Part shown: positions 13,816 to 27,287 of the stretch, one piece after another
How positions within the stretch are numbered: position 1 is the stretch's first letter
Layout of the letters: each line of letters starts with the position of its first letter
DNA from: Eledone cirrhosa
Taxonomy: Eukaryota
NCBI GenBank assembly: GCA_964016885.1
Contig: OZ024743.1
Coordinates: forward strand, 274,288,001-274,352,000
Direction: 5' to 3'
Length of the DNA stretch: 64,000 nt
Made by a program: the position numbers and the translations under genes
The notes under the pieces: model-generated
Database searches by the model: none
What the model was told of the DNA's origin: nothing
What the model saw: the letters and a program-made list of their open reading frames with translations, nothing else

Positions 13816-13872
13816 AAAGGCACTTCGGATTGGTATGATCGAGTTGCAAAAAGAACGAAATCTAAGTCAAAG
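13816..13872 (+). CDS. Internal exon of a BAIAP3/Munc13-4 (Unc13-family MUN domain)-like gene: KGTSDWYDRVAKRTKSKSK
   Basis: Polypyrimidine tract with TTTCAG acceptor, 57-nt open phase-0 exon and AAG|GTAAAT donor. Similarity to BAIAP3 KRGNREWYDRI is recalled from memory, not from a search. Confidence 0.65.
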
Positions 13873-13954
13873 GTAAATATATAATATTTTGTTTTCTTAG
13901 CCTACGCCTGGGATAATATAATATCTCAATCGGCCATTAATCGCTCGGATACAG

Positions 13955-14270
13955 GAAACTGACTGCCCTCTCTGTTCAGTGATCAGTGAGTCTGCTTATA
14001 TGCAGATCTGACTGATCAGGCAGTCTGCTGATATACAAATCAGGCCGATCAGTCACTGCATATTTCAGAAAATATCATATATTTTCACTAGCTCTGTCAG
14101 TTGGCAGGTACGCAGGGTACGGTACTGATAAAGGGTAATTACCCAGAAATATTAGTGTCTGTCGTTCTATTTATATGCCCCCACAAGAGCAAGAATGGCG
14201 GGGTCATTCTACTGACATGGCTTAAACAGGCTGCTTTGCATAATTGCAAACGAATCGAATATTATTATTA
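13955..14270 (+). mobile_element. Dispersed repeat (pLTR-like) with a degenerate hammerhead (family G)
   Basis: Homologous to 63775-64000. 14119-14165 reads ACGGTA-CTGATAA-aGGGT aatt ACCCa-GAAA-TAttagTG-TC-TGTCGT. Confidence 0.6.
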
Positions 14271-14333
14271 ATATTCGAAAAACTCAGATTAATTTATTAT
14301 ATATATATATATATATACATATATGTGTGTTTG

Positions 14334-14427
<94 letters not shown>

Positions 14428-15478
14428 CAAATCAGGTGGCGCGCTGGATAGTCCTTTCTCATCAGTCAATCTTTGAAAATCACTATAGTTTCATTGCATC
14501 AAGGTTAATATTATTCGTACCAGTACGCATTGGGGAGCAAAGAAATAGGTAGATAAAGGACGAGTGGCGCCTTTCAGCGAATTACACAAATAAAGACGAA
14601 AAATACTACAAACGAAAGTGTATCAACTGAAAAGAGAGATAGAAACGGTGCGTGTTTTATATATAATGTGTGACGTGTGTTTGTGTGTGAATATGTATGT
14701 ACCTGTATATATATATATGTGTGTGTGTTTGTGTGTATGCATGTGTGGGTGTAGTGTAATATATTATAATACGCTGACATTCAGAACTAGCTATCAATTC
14801 ACAAAGTGTAAAACTGAACAATGACCTGTACTTGATTAAACAATGCTATACAATACATACACGCACACAATTATACAATGTTCTATCGTGTTATATCTTT
14901 GAACTATGCCTAACAACGGAACCTTTTGGGAGTTAGATTAACGGTTCTATTGAAAGTGAATTATTGCTAGTAATATTAAATCCTCTTCTCTGCAGTAGCC
15001 CGACATGCAAAATGACTTAATCCTTAACTCATATATCTTGTTATAATGTGTACACAATATGATTGTTTCATGAGAACAGTATGTACCGCCATTACGTTCT
15101 GTCTTTCGACGGTACCATATACATATGAATTTTTCAATGCGATAAGGTTGCTTGAGCCTCTCTCAGCCATTCTGCATTTCTGGAGAAATGGAAGATGTAC
15201 CTGGTCTCCTACAAAGTTTCTCTCGGTGAAATATAACCGAATAAGAAAGAGACGGAGATGATAAAAGGGGTGAAAGAGAAATTGACACGAGTTCTCAAGT
15301 GACACTTTATTTATTGATCCAGAAAGAATTTAAAAAAACATTAACTAACTTTGCGCGTTTGAACAGAAGAATTACCGCAAAACATTCTATTCGACTCTCA
15401 AATGACTGCTACTTCACCACCTTATATCATGTGATTTCTTTATGATATATCTATTTATTTATTCATTTTGCATTATAG

Positions 15479-15576
15479 ATCGAAGGTGATATAATACGAA
15501 GCTTAATCGAACTAACCACTTTGCTAAATGCAGATATGCACCAAGCAGTACACTTCTATCAAAAACTTTACGAAGA
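15479..15576 (+). CDS. Next exon of the same BAIAP3/Munc13-4-like gene: IEGDIIRSLIELTTLLNADMHQAVHFYQKLYE
   Basis: TTATAG acceptor and GA|GTAAGT donor, in frame with the previous exon. The helical pattern resembles BAIAP3 GLVVLADAVYDDLQFCYSVYASLF (recalled). Confidence 0.65.
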
Positions 15577-16183
15577 GTAAGTAAACAGCATTTCATCAAA
15601 TATTCAATTATTACATCACCCCATAAAATGTCTAATCTGTTTTGATTGTTGTTGTTTGTTGTTGATATAAAATAATGAGAATTATCGGATACTTTACGAT
15701 ACTTAACACCTATCGTAAAAGACTTGTTTACTTATAAAATCATAATGACAAAAAATGAAAGAAAATAAAGAAAAATAGAAATCGAAAGAAAACAGAAGAA
15801 TACATTTAGGAGGAAAAGCTCTACACTCTTGGTTGGGCGGTATATCTCAGCTGCCCGCCGTGGTCAAGATGGCGAAATCATTGTTACGAAGAAAAGCCAG
15901 CGGTACCCCGCTACATCAGCTTTACACAATACAAAGTATTTTGTATCGACTTGTGATCGGAGCTATGTATTCATGTTCTGAAAAAAGGAATTTAACACAG
16001 ATTATTTTGTGCTTAAATGTGAGAACATTTCCTTGTAATTAACAATCATTAATGTTTATACGGTGAATATAACACAGTGTAAATAAAATATAAATATAGC
16101 ATATATGAATCATATTTTTACTTGAAAGAGCTAAATTCAATATGTAAAGTCTCTCACTGGACAAGTTTGGTTATGATCATTGG

Positions 16184-16287
<104 letters not shown>

Positions 16288-16566
16288 CATTGCGCCGAGT
16301 GCTCTCCCTAATATTACATCGAGGTTTACCATACGGAATGACCAGTTCTATCCAGTGGTGAACCGACAAACCGAAATAAATAAATATATATATATATATA
16401 TAGTTTTAATATAGATGAGATTCTACAGGACTAGAACTGTTTCATTCTTTAGATATATATATCAGCAAGATGTATGGTAGGTCGTACGTAAATCGCGATG
16501 ATCACGTCTGACCTACCAAATATGCGACGGTAGCTAGTTAAGCTCTATGCGTATAAGCAGAGCAGA

Positions 16567-18441
16567 TATATTAAGGAAAAAGAACAAAGGAACTTTTATG
16601 ACATTATAACAAGTTTATTGCCGACAGCCGTTTCGTCCGACCATATGGTGGAATTTTTCAAGGCATATAACAGGTAATTGTAAGTCTATTATTTTCATCA
16701 ACGTTTCACTCAACGTTTCGCAAACGCGTACGATCCCACGCATGGCTTAATAACTGGCACGACCGAAACTACATGGAAAAGATCGGACGGACCACACCCT
16801 GCGACCACTAGCTGTTTGATCAGCAGGTCCATCTCCCAGAAAGTGCACACAGCTGATAGTGAATCCCAGAGTTGATTCGTGGACTCGGAACTTTTCAATA
16901 AGACCAACTGTGCCTGGAGCTATGCAGATGATTGCATGCGCACAATGGATATCGCACCTACAAGGTCACATATATTGTTCATCTTGCTGTATGTGTGTAA
17001 AGTATCGGTGTGTGGGATATCCCTGAGTAAATTTGCTTGACTATTAATTGTTTATTAATTGTTTGTTAATTAGGCAGGAAAATATTATTATATCTTTGTT
17101 ATATTATTAATTGTTTGTTAATTAGGCAGGAATATATTATTATATATTTGTTAATCCTATATTAATAATTTTTTGATAATACATTTTTAGATTACTTAAG
17201 CTATTTAATACCTTCTTAAAAATACATTTTATAATTATTGTCTTTTTTGCTTATATATTTTCTTACTTATCATTTTCTTTAATCTTCAAGCCCAACTTGA
17301 TAAGCTCTTTGAATTGCTCCTTAATTAGATTACTTAACTTACTTTATTTATTATACCTAAGTTGTTGTATCTGTTGAGCAATCCTTTGGAAATTCCTCGG
17401 ATCTCCCAAATCCCGTAATTTTTAATTTGTAATTTTCCTCAATTCATTTATATATATTTTTAAAGGTTCTCTAAAATTTTAATTCTTTGAAGGGTCTTTC
17501 GGAAGAGGTTTTTATTAAAAATATTAAAGAGGCCTTTTCTGGGGGATTTTTTGAAGGCTTTTTGAATTAACCTTTAATTGATTAATTTCTTTCAACTATT
17601 TATTTCTTAATCTTTAAATTTAATGTTCAACCCCTTAATCTTTAATTTTTAATCTTGGATATATAAGATTGCTTAATCTTAAATTCATTAATTTTTTTAA
17701 TTTCTGGGTTTGGAACTCTTAAACTTCAAATCCTAACTTAAATCTTAATCTTTATATTATGGATTCCCTAAATCATTAACTTTCTTAACCTCTTTAATCT
17801 TTTTGAAATTTTTTTTGCCTAATTTTTAATTTTTAATTTTTAATTTTTAATTTTTAATTTTTAATTTTTAATTTTTGAGTTTAGAACTTTCGTAGGGATT
17901 ATTAAATCTTCGTAAATTTTCTTAAAAATTTTTTGAGGGAATTTCTTAGAAAAATTTTTTTTTTTAAGGAATTTTTAAGGAAACTTTTTATTTTTTTATT
18001 CTCTTAATCTCTTCTGGTTTTGGGGGTTTATTGGGGCTTATAAGCTTTATGCGTTTATTGAGGGATTTTTTAAGGTGCTTTTAAGAGATCCCAAGTCTTT
18101 TACTTTTAATACGTAACTTATAAATTCTTTACTTTTTAACCTTCAATCCCTAACTTTTAGGCCCTTTTCAAATTCTCTTAATTCCCTCTAACCCATCCCT
18201 TTTACAACTCCTACAACTAATATAAAAGAGCCCCCTTCAAATATAGACCCCAGATAAACAAGCTGAGCTGTTGATGTACACCACGATTTCAAACTGCTAA
18301 CCTTGAGTGAAACGTTGATGAAAATAATGAACTTACAATTACCTGTTATATGCCTTGAAAAATCCCAGCATATGGTCGGACGAAACGGCTGTCGGCAATA
18401 AACTTCTTATAATGTCATAAAAGTTCCTTTGTTCTTTTTCC

Positions 18442-18450
<9 letters not shown>
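16567..18450 (+). mobile_element. Non-coding PLE-like element with inverted pLTRs (hammerhead family D)
   Basis: About 16567-16715 is the inverted copy of about 18305-18450. Hammerheads lie at 16615-16670(-) and 18346-18401(+), the interior is T-rich and a (TA)n tract flanks the right end. Confidence 0.65.
18346..18401 (+). ncRNA. Type I hammerhead ribozyme, U3:A8 core variant
   Basis: TGCC-TTGAAAA-aTCC...GGAc-GAAA-CggctG-TC-GGCA, with a GUC cleavage triplet followed by AATAAA. Confidence 0.7.
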
Positions 18451-18519
<69 letters not shown>

Positions 18520-18522
<3 letters not shown>

Positions 18523-20034
18523 ATCTACCACTCAATGGTAGGGTCCAAACCATATAGAGAACTCAATGTAATCCGTCGATAGAAGATGTCGTGAAGCAAA
18601 GTTTAAAATACAAAAGTTTTATCAACGATATAATTCAATTGGATACAGAGTCAAAATAGAAATATTAAAACAATGAAATTAAACACAAAATTGTTAATTC
18701 ATAGTAAAACTCATTATTTTACGATCGTTTCTGTGGGGTAGTTCCCTGTATGTTCATTCAATTATTGATCTATGTAAAACATATTACAAAATATCATAGT
18801 AAGAAAAAGATACATACGTCTTCACTACCCGCCGTCTTCAGAAATAATGAGTTTTGTTTATTGAAGAATACAAAAAAACATACATATGAATAAGTAACGT
18901 TATATAACCAGGTTGAAATTGACCAACGTTAAGAATGGAAAGGGGCAGTATAAATCCTTAAGGTATAAAAGTGTTGATGGTCAAAGAAGATTACGGTTGG
19001 AGGAAATGGGATACTGAGATTAGTGTGTTACATCAAGTAGAATGGAATAGAACAATCTGAAAAATTAGTTATTTTTTTGTTGTGAGGAATAATTTGTTCT
19101 AAAAATATATAATATAAAAAATCTCGATTTAAATGGATTAGAAGTGGATCCTATATAGGATCCACTTCTAATCCATTTAAATCGAGATTTTATGCCTCAC
19201 ACCCACAATTTCCGAAACACAAAATTAGCAAATACCACTTCTTTAGCAGAAACAGTTAATAATTGTAAAAAGAAGAATACTAAATATAACCTAACTTGGA
19301 AGATTCTTAAGAGAACTATTTCTTATCAGGGCAATAGAAGGGAGTGCGGACTATGTTCCCACGAAATTTTGGAAATTACTAAATCGAAGGACACTCTATT
19401 AAATAAAAGACAAGAATTAATTTTAGTATGTAACCATAAAATTAGAAGGACATTCAAATATTATAAATACAACTAAACAAATATAGAAAATGATATAGGT
19501 GAATAAATGTGAAGTATAGGTGTGTGTGTGAATATGTATATCTGTGTGTGTATATGTATTATATGCATAAATGTATGCCTATATATAAACATGTGTGAGT
19601 GTACATGTGTATATATTTGTAATCTTCTTTGACCATCAACACTTTTATATTCAATATGCCTAAATTCATTTACACTAGCAACTTTCATTTCCTTTCTTAA
19701 AAGACATTTGATACCTTATCCACTGATGGCCTATTTATTCATCTACTACCATCAACCTTGAGGATTTATTCTGCCCCCTTCCATTCTTAACATTGGTCAA
19801 TTTCAACCTGGTTTGTAAAACGTTACTTATTCATATGTATGTATTTTTGTATTCTTCAATAAACAAAACTCATTATTTCTGAAGACGGTGGGTAGTGAAG
19901 ACGTATGTATCTTTTTCTTACTATGATATTTTGTAATATGTTTTACATAGATCAATAATTGAATGAACGATCGTAAAATAATGAGTTTTACTATGAATTA
20001 ACAGTTTTGTGTTTAATTTCATTATTTTAATATT

Positions 20035-20035
<1 letters not shown>
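18520..20035 (+). mobile_element. 5'-truncated Penelope-like element with inverted pLTR and GIY-YIG C-terminus
   Basis: ORF 19192-19476 reads TSLA...LTWKIL...CGLCSHEILEI...LLNKRQELILVCNHK, typical of the end of a PLE endonuclease. About 18660-18960 is inverted against about 19760-20035, with a perfect palindrome of about 72 bp at about 19118-19191. Confidence 0.8.
18706..18855 (-). ncRNA. Type I hammerhead with a 14-bp stem I and an extended stem-loop II of about 100 nt (family E)
   Basis: AAAACTCATTATTT-CTGAAGA-cggcGGGTAGT...ACTACCCcaca-GAAA-CGATCG-TA-AAATAATGAGTTTT. Confidence 0.75.
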
Positions 20036-20079
<44 letters not shown>

Positions 20080-20119
20080 ATACAATATATATATATACAA
20101 TATATATATATATATATAT

Positions 20120-20177
<58 letters not shown>

Positions 20178-20179
<2 letters not shown>

Positions 20180-20455
20180 ACTCCATGGTAGATGGATTTG
20201 AGAATGACCTCCTATCACTAGTAAGGAATATTAAGTTTAAAAGCCCCCATGGGAATAGCAACAAATTCCAGATGAAACTGGAAACCTTAGTTAATGACTT
20301 TAACGATAAAAGAGATATCCTGGTCACCTCGGATAAAACCAGAAATATTTATAGCTTAAATTATGATACGTATCGTAGGTTTATATACAATGAATTAAAT
20401 AGAAACTATAAAAAGACAACAAGCGCAAACTTAGATGAAATTAATAAGGATGCTT
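20178..20455 (+). pseudogene. Fragment of a PLE ORF N-terminal to the RT
   Basis: FENDLLSLVRNIKFK...NKFQMKL...ILVTSDKTRNIYSL (the DKT/DKG motif region of PLE RTs). Confidence 0.65.
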
Positions 20456-23042
20456 CCGTTCACTGGTTTTATATGGCTCATTTTAGACTATATTATAGTC
20501 AAATATTTTACGGCGAAAGCTTCTATTTTTATTTCAATATATATATTTATTTATGTATTAGCAAGAATCGGGGCCCGATGGCTGAGATCATGCGGTTTCG
20601 ATGGCTATTTCTGAACTGTTGACAAAACTACCTGCATTAGAATATCCATCTTGTCTGAGGCGAGGCTTAGGTGATTAACGTATCGGTAATATATACATAT
20701 ATATGTATATATTTTTTTTCTTTGAAGTTATTAATTTAATGGAATCATTTAACAGTTAAAATTTCAAGAATTAAATATTATCGTCGCTTGACCATACCAA
20801 GGATGTCTTGCTTAAATGTGAACCTCGTTATAAGGGACCATATGGTTGATTTACTAACGTGCGTGATATAAAGCAACCAGTCATTCACATTTCGGCTGCT
20901 ATTTCCTTATGGAGTGCTTACATCATATCTTTGGCCATTTTGCAATTTTTTAACCTTATTTATTAATTCTGAGTTCAAAGCGTAACAGAAGAAGAAACGA
21001 AAAAAAAAAGAGAGGTTGCAACATCAAACCCTTAAATTGGCCCACAGACCAGCGATCACTTCCCTCATTGCTATTCAAATCGAAAATTGGTTTAGCAATT
21101 CCTCTCCACACACATAGATAAAACTTCATTATTTCCATTTGTCTTCATTTCAGCTTACATGTACTAGGTCATACTCATCTTCGGTTAAAGGAGAAACTAG
21201 TTCTTTTTATTCTATGGACTCTTACATTTGTAAACCTATGTCGTTACATTGGAAACTAAGAGGTTAAAAGATAGAGAAAGATGTGTTGTTGCGAAGTCAT
21301 TAAGATTTGCATTGTCAAATATAAAGACTATAACTAATCAATCTGTGAAAATAAATGTTGTCATGCAAAATTCAAGTGAACGTAACCTTCAGCGATAACA
21401 CGCGTACAGTGTCATGGATATATAGAAGAAAAATGTTTGAGGAGAATGGTATGCAACAGCATCATTCATCATTCAGCAAAAAGCATTAGATATACTTAAT
21501 CAGCTAAACGATCAGACTGAGGATGTCATTCAAACCTTTATTGTCTCTCATAGATGTTTTGAAAAGAGAAAGAAAGTATCTAATCTGCATAAGATTCGAA
21601 TAATAATAGAATCAGCCAGTCTGCATCGGAATTTACAGGCAATTGAATATATATTAAGGATAGTATTCAGCAAATCAATTTTTTTATGTCGAATTTAGAC
21701 TATTCTGAAAACGTTTAACCAGTGAAGCGTTTGTCTCAAAGGAGAAGAAAATTCGCTAGGATCTAAAACAGAAAAATATTGTCACACATTATGATGAATA
21801 AATGCCACTGGAGACATGGAATTTAAGTCATTGCTTGTTTATTTTTTCTGATAAATCAAGAAAAATGAAAAGCGTGTTCAATTCTATTCTACCTCTTATA
21901 TAGAAATATTTGTATACAGAATGTTTTGATGACTATCTTTGATTTACAGTGAGGGTATTTGTGCTTTCGCAAAGATGCTCCTTATCATCCATAAACTTTT
22001 AATTTACACCAAAGGTGCATATCTGGTGAACTCATTTCCATTCCACCAAACAGCTTCACTACTGCCGCCTATTAATAAGGTCGTTGGTTTCGTTTTCAAG
22101 GCGTATTATCTTCGAAGATCCTTTTATGGGTGTTTAAAATGTAAATAAGATTCTAAAACAAAGGGAGATAGCTAATTGGAATTTTGGAAATCAAGGATGA
22201 TGCAGATGAGAGTGGATCTTCACTTTAACGACAACGAGTAAAAGCAATGGATTTGTTTACATCATATTATACCTACTTAGTTGCAAGACCTAAAAGTAAT
22301 TGCTGGTTATGAATATTATAATTTGGAATTGGTAACAAATATACATCAAGTAGATAAGTTCGCTTGTTGTGATTTGCTTTGATACTACATTTACAGCATA
22401 CCAGTGATTCTTCTAATATCAAGTAAGTCACAAATGCCGCAAGCAACTGAATACTGAATATTTAATTTCGATATTCAGTGATGCGAACTTCTATTTGCCA
22501 AATGCCTGGGAAACTTGGAGTATAATTTTGATGGTTCAGTGATTTTCTATCGCATTAAATATGTCATGAGAATGAGATCAAATATTCTGAATGGAACAAT
22601 GATGATGTCTATTGCATTACAATAAAAAATTCGTTGCTATATATTCTATAAAATTTCAGTTAATTAATTTTATAAGTTATCTCTTTGTTAATTGCTTTTA
22701 GATTTTATATAAACTTTGGGAGAGTTTTTGTCTACTAATTGCATGAATAATATTGGTTAGTCGAAGTTTTTCAAATCAACATATTACATATGTAAGGTCA
22801 TAGAGTATTTCTATTCAGGATACAGAACGCCTCCCTGCAGAATCTTCCCTCAAGCATATTCTTGAAATCCAAGCGTGTACACACACATGACCCAATATGT
22901 ATGTGTGTTTGTGGAGTAAGTATAAGCGTAATTCTTCGCTTGAACATGTATATTTTAGTTGGTTGTACGTAAAATTAAATGGGTAATATTATATACACAT
23001 TTAATTTAGTTATATAAATAAACTTTGAGATTGTTTATTAAA

Positions 23043-23098
23043 ATTTTAGATAAGTTTAATTAAGATTTTCACACACACAGAGACAGGCACACGTTCAT

Positions 23099-23154
<56 letters not shown>

Positions 23155-23220
23155 GTGTGTATGTATGAACGTGTGCCTGTCTCTGTGTGTGTGAAAATCT
23201 TAATTAAACTTATCTAAAAT
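23043..23220. repeat. Palindrome centred on a (CA)n(TA)n tract
   Basis: Unique arms of about 60 bp are exact reverse complements. Confidence 0.9.
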
Positions 23221-23224
23221 GTTA

Positions 23225-23351
<127 letters not shown>

Positions 23352-23959
23352 AACGTGTGCCTGTCTCTGTATATATATATATATTAGTTGAAATATATAT
23401 ATATATATATATTAGTTGAAATACTACAGGAGCTACATGTTTTTCATACTTTTTGTGGCGAAAAGCCCTATCCTGTGTAACTTCAAACATATTTACATAA
23501 GAGTCCGGATATCTGAAATGTACTGAACAGCATAATGTAAGAGATGATATAAAGAAAATGTAGCTACGTCATTTATTTATGAACAAAAATTGTGCCAACT
23601 TCTACTCTCCTCCTTGGGCCACCTACTAGCAACAGAGGTTTCTATATATACTTTTAAATTACATATTAGTGTATTAAAATGAAAGGCATATTGGTAAATA
23701 CCTTCTTAGATACAACGTTAGATATAGAAAATACAATAGTTACTGATGGGACTACATTCTATTATAGGTCGACTGCATCACGACCATTTTTGAAGACCTC
23801 ACCAATGAATACCCATTGTTTGCTTGGAATAAATGAACCTTAAAATTTAGGAGTGCCTCTCAGTGTGTTTGTGTTTGTCTATAGTTATTTAGCGTGAATT
23901 TACTTCTGCTTTTGTATCACTATGTATTTTCTGTAAATATAGTTTTTAAAGAACGCCCT

Positions 23960-24122
23960 TTATTTAAACCCATCAACCAATGACCTCCACCCATCCCAAT
24001 CACCACCCTCTCCTACCAACAGAAAATGTATAAATAACAGCACATTACATCGACAGTCGGCTTGCCGATGATTTCTCCCGAATGAAAAAGTTCTAGTCCT
24101 GTGGAAGCCATTTCTGTATTAA

Positions 24123-24125
<3 letters not shown>
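23960..24125 (+). mobile_element. pLTR fragment of hammerhead family A (degenerate) with a CCAAT/TATA module
   Basis: Homologous to 48095-48250, with CCAAT at 23977, TATAAATA at 24029 and hammerhead-like 24059-24109. Confidence 0.7.
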
Positions 24126-24154
<29 letters not shown>

Positions 24155-24282
24155 ATGTGTGTGTGTGTGTGTGTCTGTGTGTGTGTGTGTGTGTCTGTGT
24201 CTGTGTGTGTGTGTATACGTGTATGTATACATATATTTATATGTATATATAAAAATACATATATATGTGTGTGTGTGTGTGT

Positions 24283-24378
<96 letters not shown>

Positions 24379-24842
24379 ATATATACAGGAATATTAAGGA
24401 AAACTTTTTTATCATATATCATAATACAGATGACAAGGTACAAAAGCAATAAGAATGTATAATTATTACTTACATTGCTTGTTTATTTTAACGATGGTAA
24501 TTCATGGATTTTCTCTCTGAATTTCGAAACAACTGTATAGGTATAATTTAATTAAAACAATGTAAGTAACATATTTATATTCTGATTGCTTTAGTACCTG
24601 GTCATATGTATTATAATATATAATGAATATTGTTTTCAGTAATATTCTTGCATAAGTGTGCTGTGGAATGTTTTTATCGCATCTTACTTCTATTGAGCTC
24701 TTTACAGAACAACGAAATAGAAATGTTTTCCATTCGTTTTATTTCGGCTTGTTTTAATATGCATATAATTTGTATATGTATAGAAACACACATATCTATA
24801 TATGTATATACATACACAAACACACACGCAAACACACATATA

Positions 24843-24939
<97 letters not shown>

Positions 24940-24975
24940 CAAACCAACCTGCGTACTTCGTCGAGTGCTCCAAGC

Positions 24976-25033
<58 letters not shown>

Positions 25034-25104
25034 AGGAACAAAGAATCAGTGTTGCATTATATACATATTTAATTACATATTACAAATTAATCGAGGAACG
25101 ATCG

Positions 25105-25167
25105 ATTAATTTGGTCCATTAATAGCTATATATATATATATATATATATAGCTATTAATGGACCAAA

Positions 25168-25172
<5 letters not shown>
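25105..25172. repeat. Palindrome centred on (TA)n
   Basis: ATTAATTTGGTCCATTAATAGC-(TA)n-GCTATTAATGGACCAAATTAAT. Confidence 0.9.
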
Positions 25173-25203
<31 letters not shown>

Positions 25204-25205
<2 letters not shown>

Positions 25206-25443
25206 TTTTAATATAGATGAGATTCTACAGGACTAGAACTGTTGCATTCATTAGAAATCATCAGGAATCTGGGTATCAAAAAATAAATATCATTTATTTT
25301 TTGATACCCAGATTCCTGATGATTTCTAATGAATGAAACAGTTCTAGTCCTGTAGAATCTCATCTATATTAAAACTTTTATACTCTGCTATGTATTGAGT
25401 ACCTTACTTACTGTGGTTACCTCCGATTCAACCCGGAATAACG
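25204..25443 (+). mobile_element. Short fold-back pLTR element (family A) with a single-copy 3' tail of about 65 bp
   Basis: Palindrome 25204-25377 centred near 25290, then a tail ending CCCGGAATAACG, with (TA)n on both sides. Confidence 0.8.
25310..25360 (+). ncRNA. Intact type I hammerhead ribozyme (family A)
   Basis: AGATTC-CTGATGA-tTTC taat GAAt-GAAA-CAG ttctagtc CTG-TA-GAATCT. All core nucleotides are present and the triplet is GUA. Confidence 0.85.
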
Positions 25444-25474
<31 letters not shown>

Positions 25475-25568
25475 TTATATATAGAAAGAGACATGATATA
25501 TATATAAATATATATATAATTTACATATGTACACACACACACGCACGCACACACACACACAAACACAA

Positions 25569-25654
<86 letters not shown>

Positions 25655-25661
<7 letters not shown>

Positions 25662-25836
25662 TAACAGATTAAAGCTTAAGCAAAGAAGATCCTGTTAAGG
25701 GTGAAAAGCAGCGATTCTTTGCTTGAACTTTAATCTGTTATTTTAATAAATATTTGTTCTACGGTTCTTATATATTTGATATATATTTATCCTTATCGTG
25801 CCCTCTTTGGATTTCAGTCTTCAAATTTATTATTAT

Positions 25837-25838
<2 letters not shown>
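25655..25838 (+). mobile_element. Short fold-back pLTR fragment beginning inside a hammerhead-like core
   Basis: About 25655-25686 is inverted against 25716-25748, around GAAGA-tCCT gtta AGG gt-GAAA. A related reverse copy lies at 63693-63757. Confidence 0.5.
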
Positions 25839-25898
<60 letters not shown>

Positions 25899-27216
25899 CC
25901 TTGTTTGCCTGAATACTTCTATAATGGTAACGGGATTTGTCATATTTTCACATGAATACCTAATAGCAAAAAGCTTCAATTCTATTTCAAATACTTTCAC
26001 ATACTACAGATTAAACATTTAACTCCCGGAGCAATCGAGTCAGTATATTTTTAGCTATTCTTTGTTCAATGCATACATCTTACTGTAGTTACATTGCTAT
26101 TTCCTTTGGAAGAGGTATAAAAGATTCCCCATTTCTTTTTCTCTTGGCGTATTGTTCCCCCTATGTTTAAAAAAAAATATAGCCATATGATTTTCACCCG
26201 CTCATATGTTCGGCTTTTCTTGTGAAGATAAACGTAAAAAATTATGTTAATAATTAATTCCTTCAACTGAAGTATACTTCCTCGTCCATATTTTATCAAG
26301 GCTAAATGTACGAACGCTAGGCTGGTCCCTTGAAAGGAGAATAACTTTGGGAACGAGAACTAATAATAATTTTTCATCTTCTTCTCTCACATACGCCTAT
26401 CATAAACACCCTCTCTTATAACATTGTCTACTTAATTAAACAACATCCCGTGGATTTATAATATTGGAAAATAACCGAGTCAACAGTTAGTTTGACAATC
26501 AGCCAAGAAACACGCCTTCCTCTCGACATTCCAATGAGATGAGACATAACTCTTGCTGGCATAGTATGCCTGGATATCAGTAATTAAGTCTCTACTTATG
26601 TTCTGCTACATGGTATAAATATCGAGATCGATATATCATACTATTTCGTTTATTAACAATGAATGTTGCTATTTGGGTAACGTTTGAAAATTAACGTTAC
26701 AAAACAGCACCGTGTTTATTTTTTAATATGTATTTTCAAAATACTTAATGGCAGTATCTTAATCCAAGCCTCTAACTAGCTATCATGGGATGTACAAGCC
26801 GTATGTAATTAAAGTCTTCGTTACCTTCTAGTGTTGCATATAAATCCCCTCCAGGGATCTATAGAAGGTGATGAAAAGTCCCCAATACATTATTAAAAAA
26901 GTGATATTTTCACAATTGATGTTTGTTTTTGTTTTGTATTAAATGTCCCCAGTCATGGTACGTGTAGCAGAATATCTATTTCATTTATTTATTGACTTGT
27001 TTCGTGTGAAATAATTTCTTTCAATTACCACTGTTAGAAAGTATTTACACTCAATGTAAAGGTTTTCTAACTTGCATTAACTTTTATCATGTGTTTTATT
27101 TTCACGCTTGTTATTTTTCTTCTATGTTTTCCTCAAGAAATTAGAACGATTACACAATTTACGTATAATTAAACACTGAAATGTATTTGTCTTTAAGGTA
27201 AAAAGAAAATAATAAC

Positions 27217-27287
<71 letters not shown>

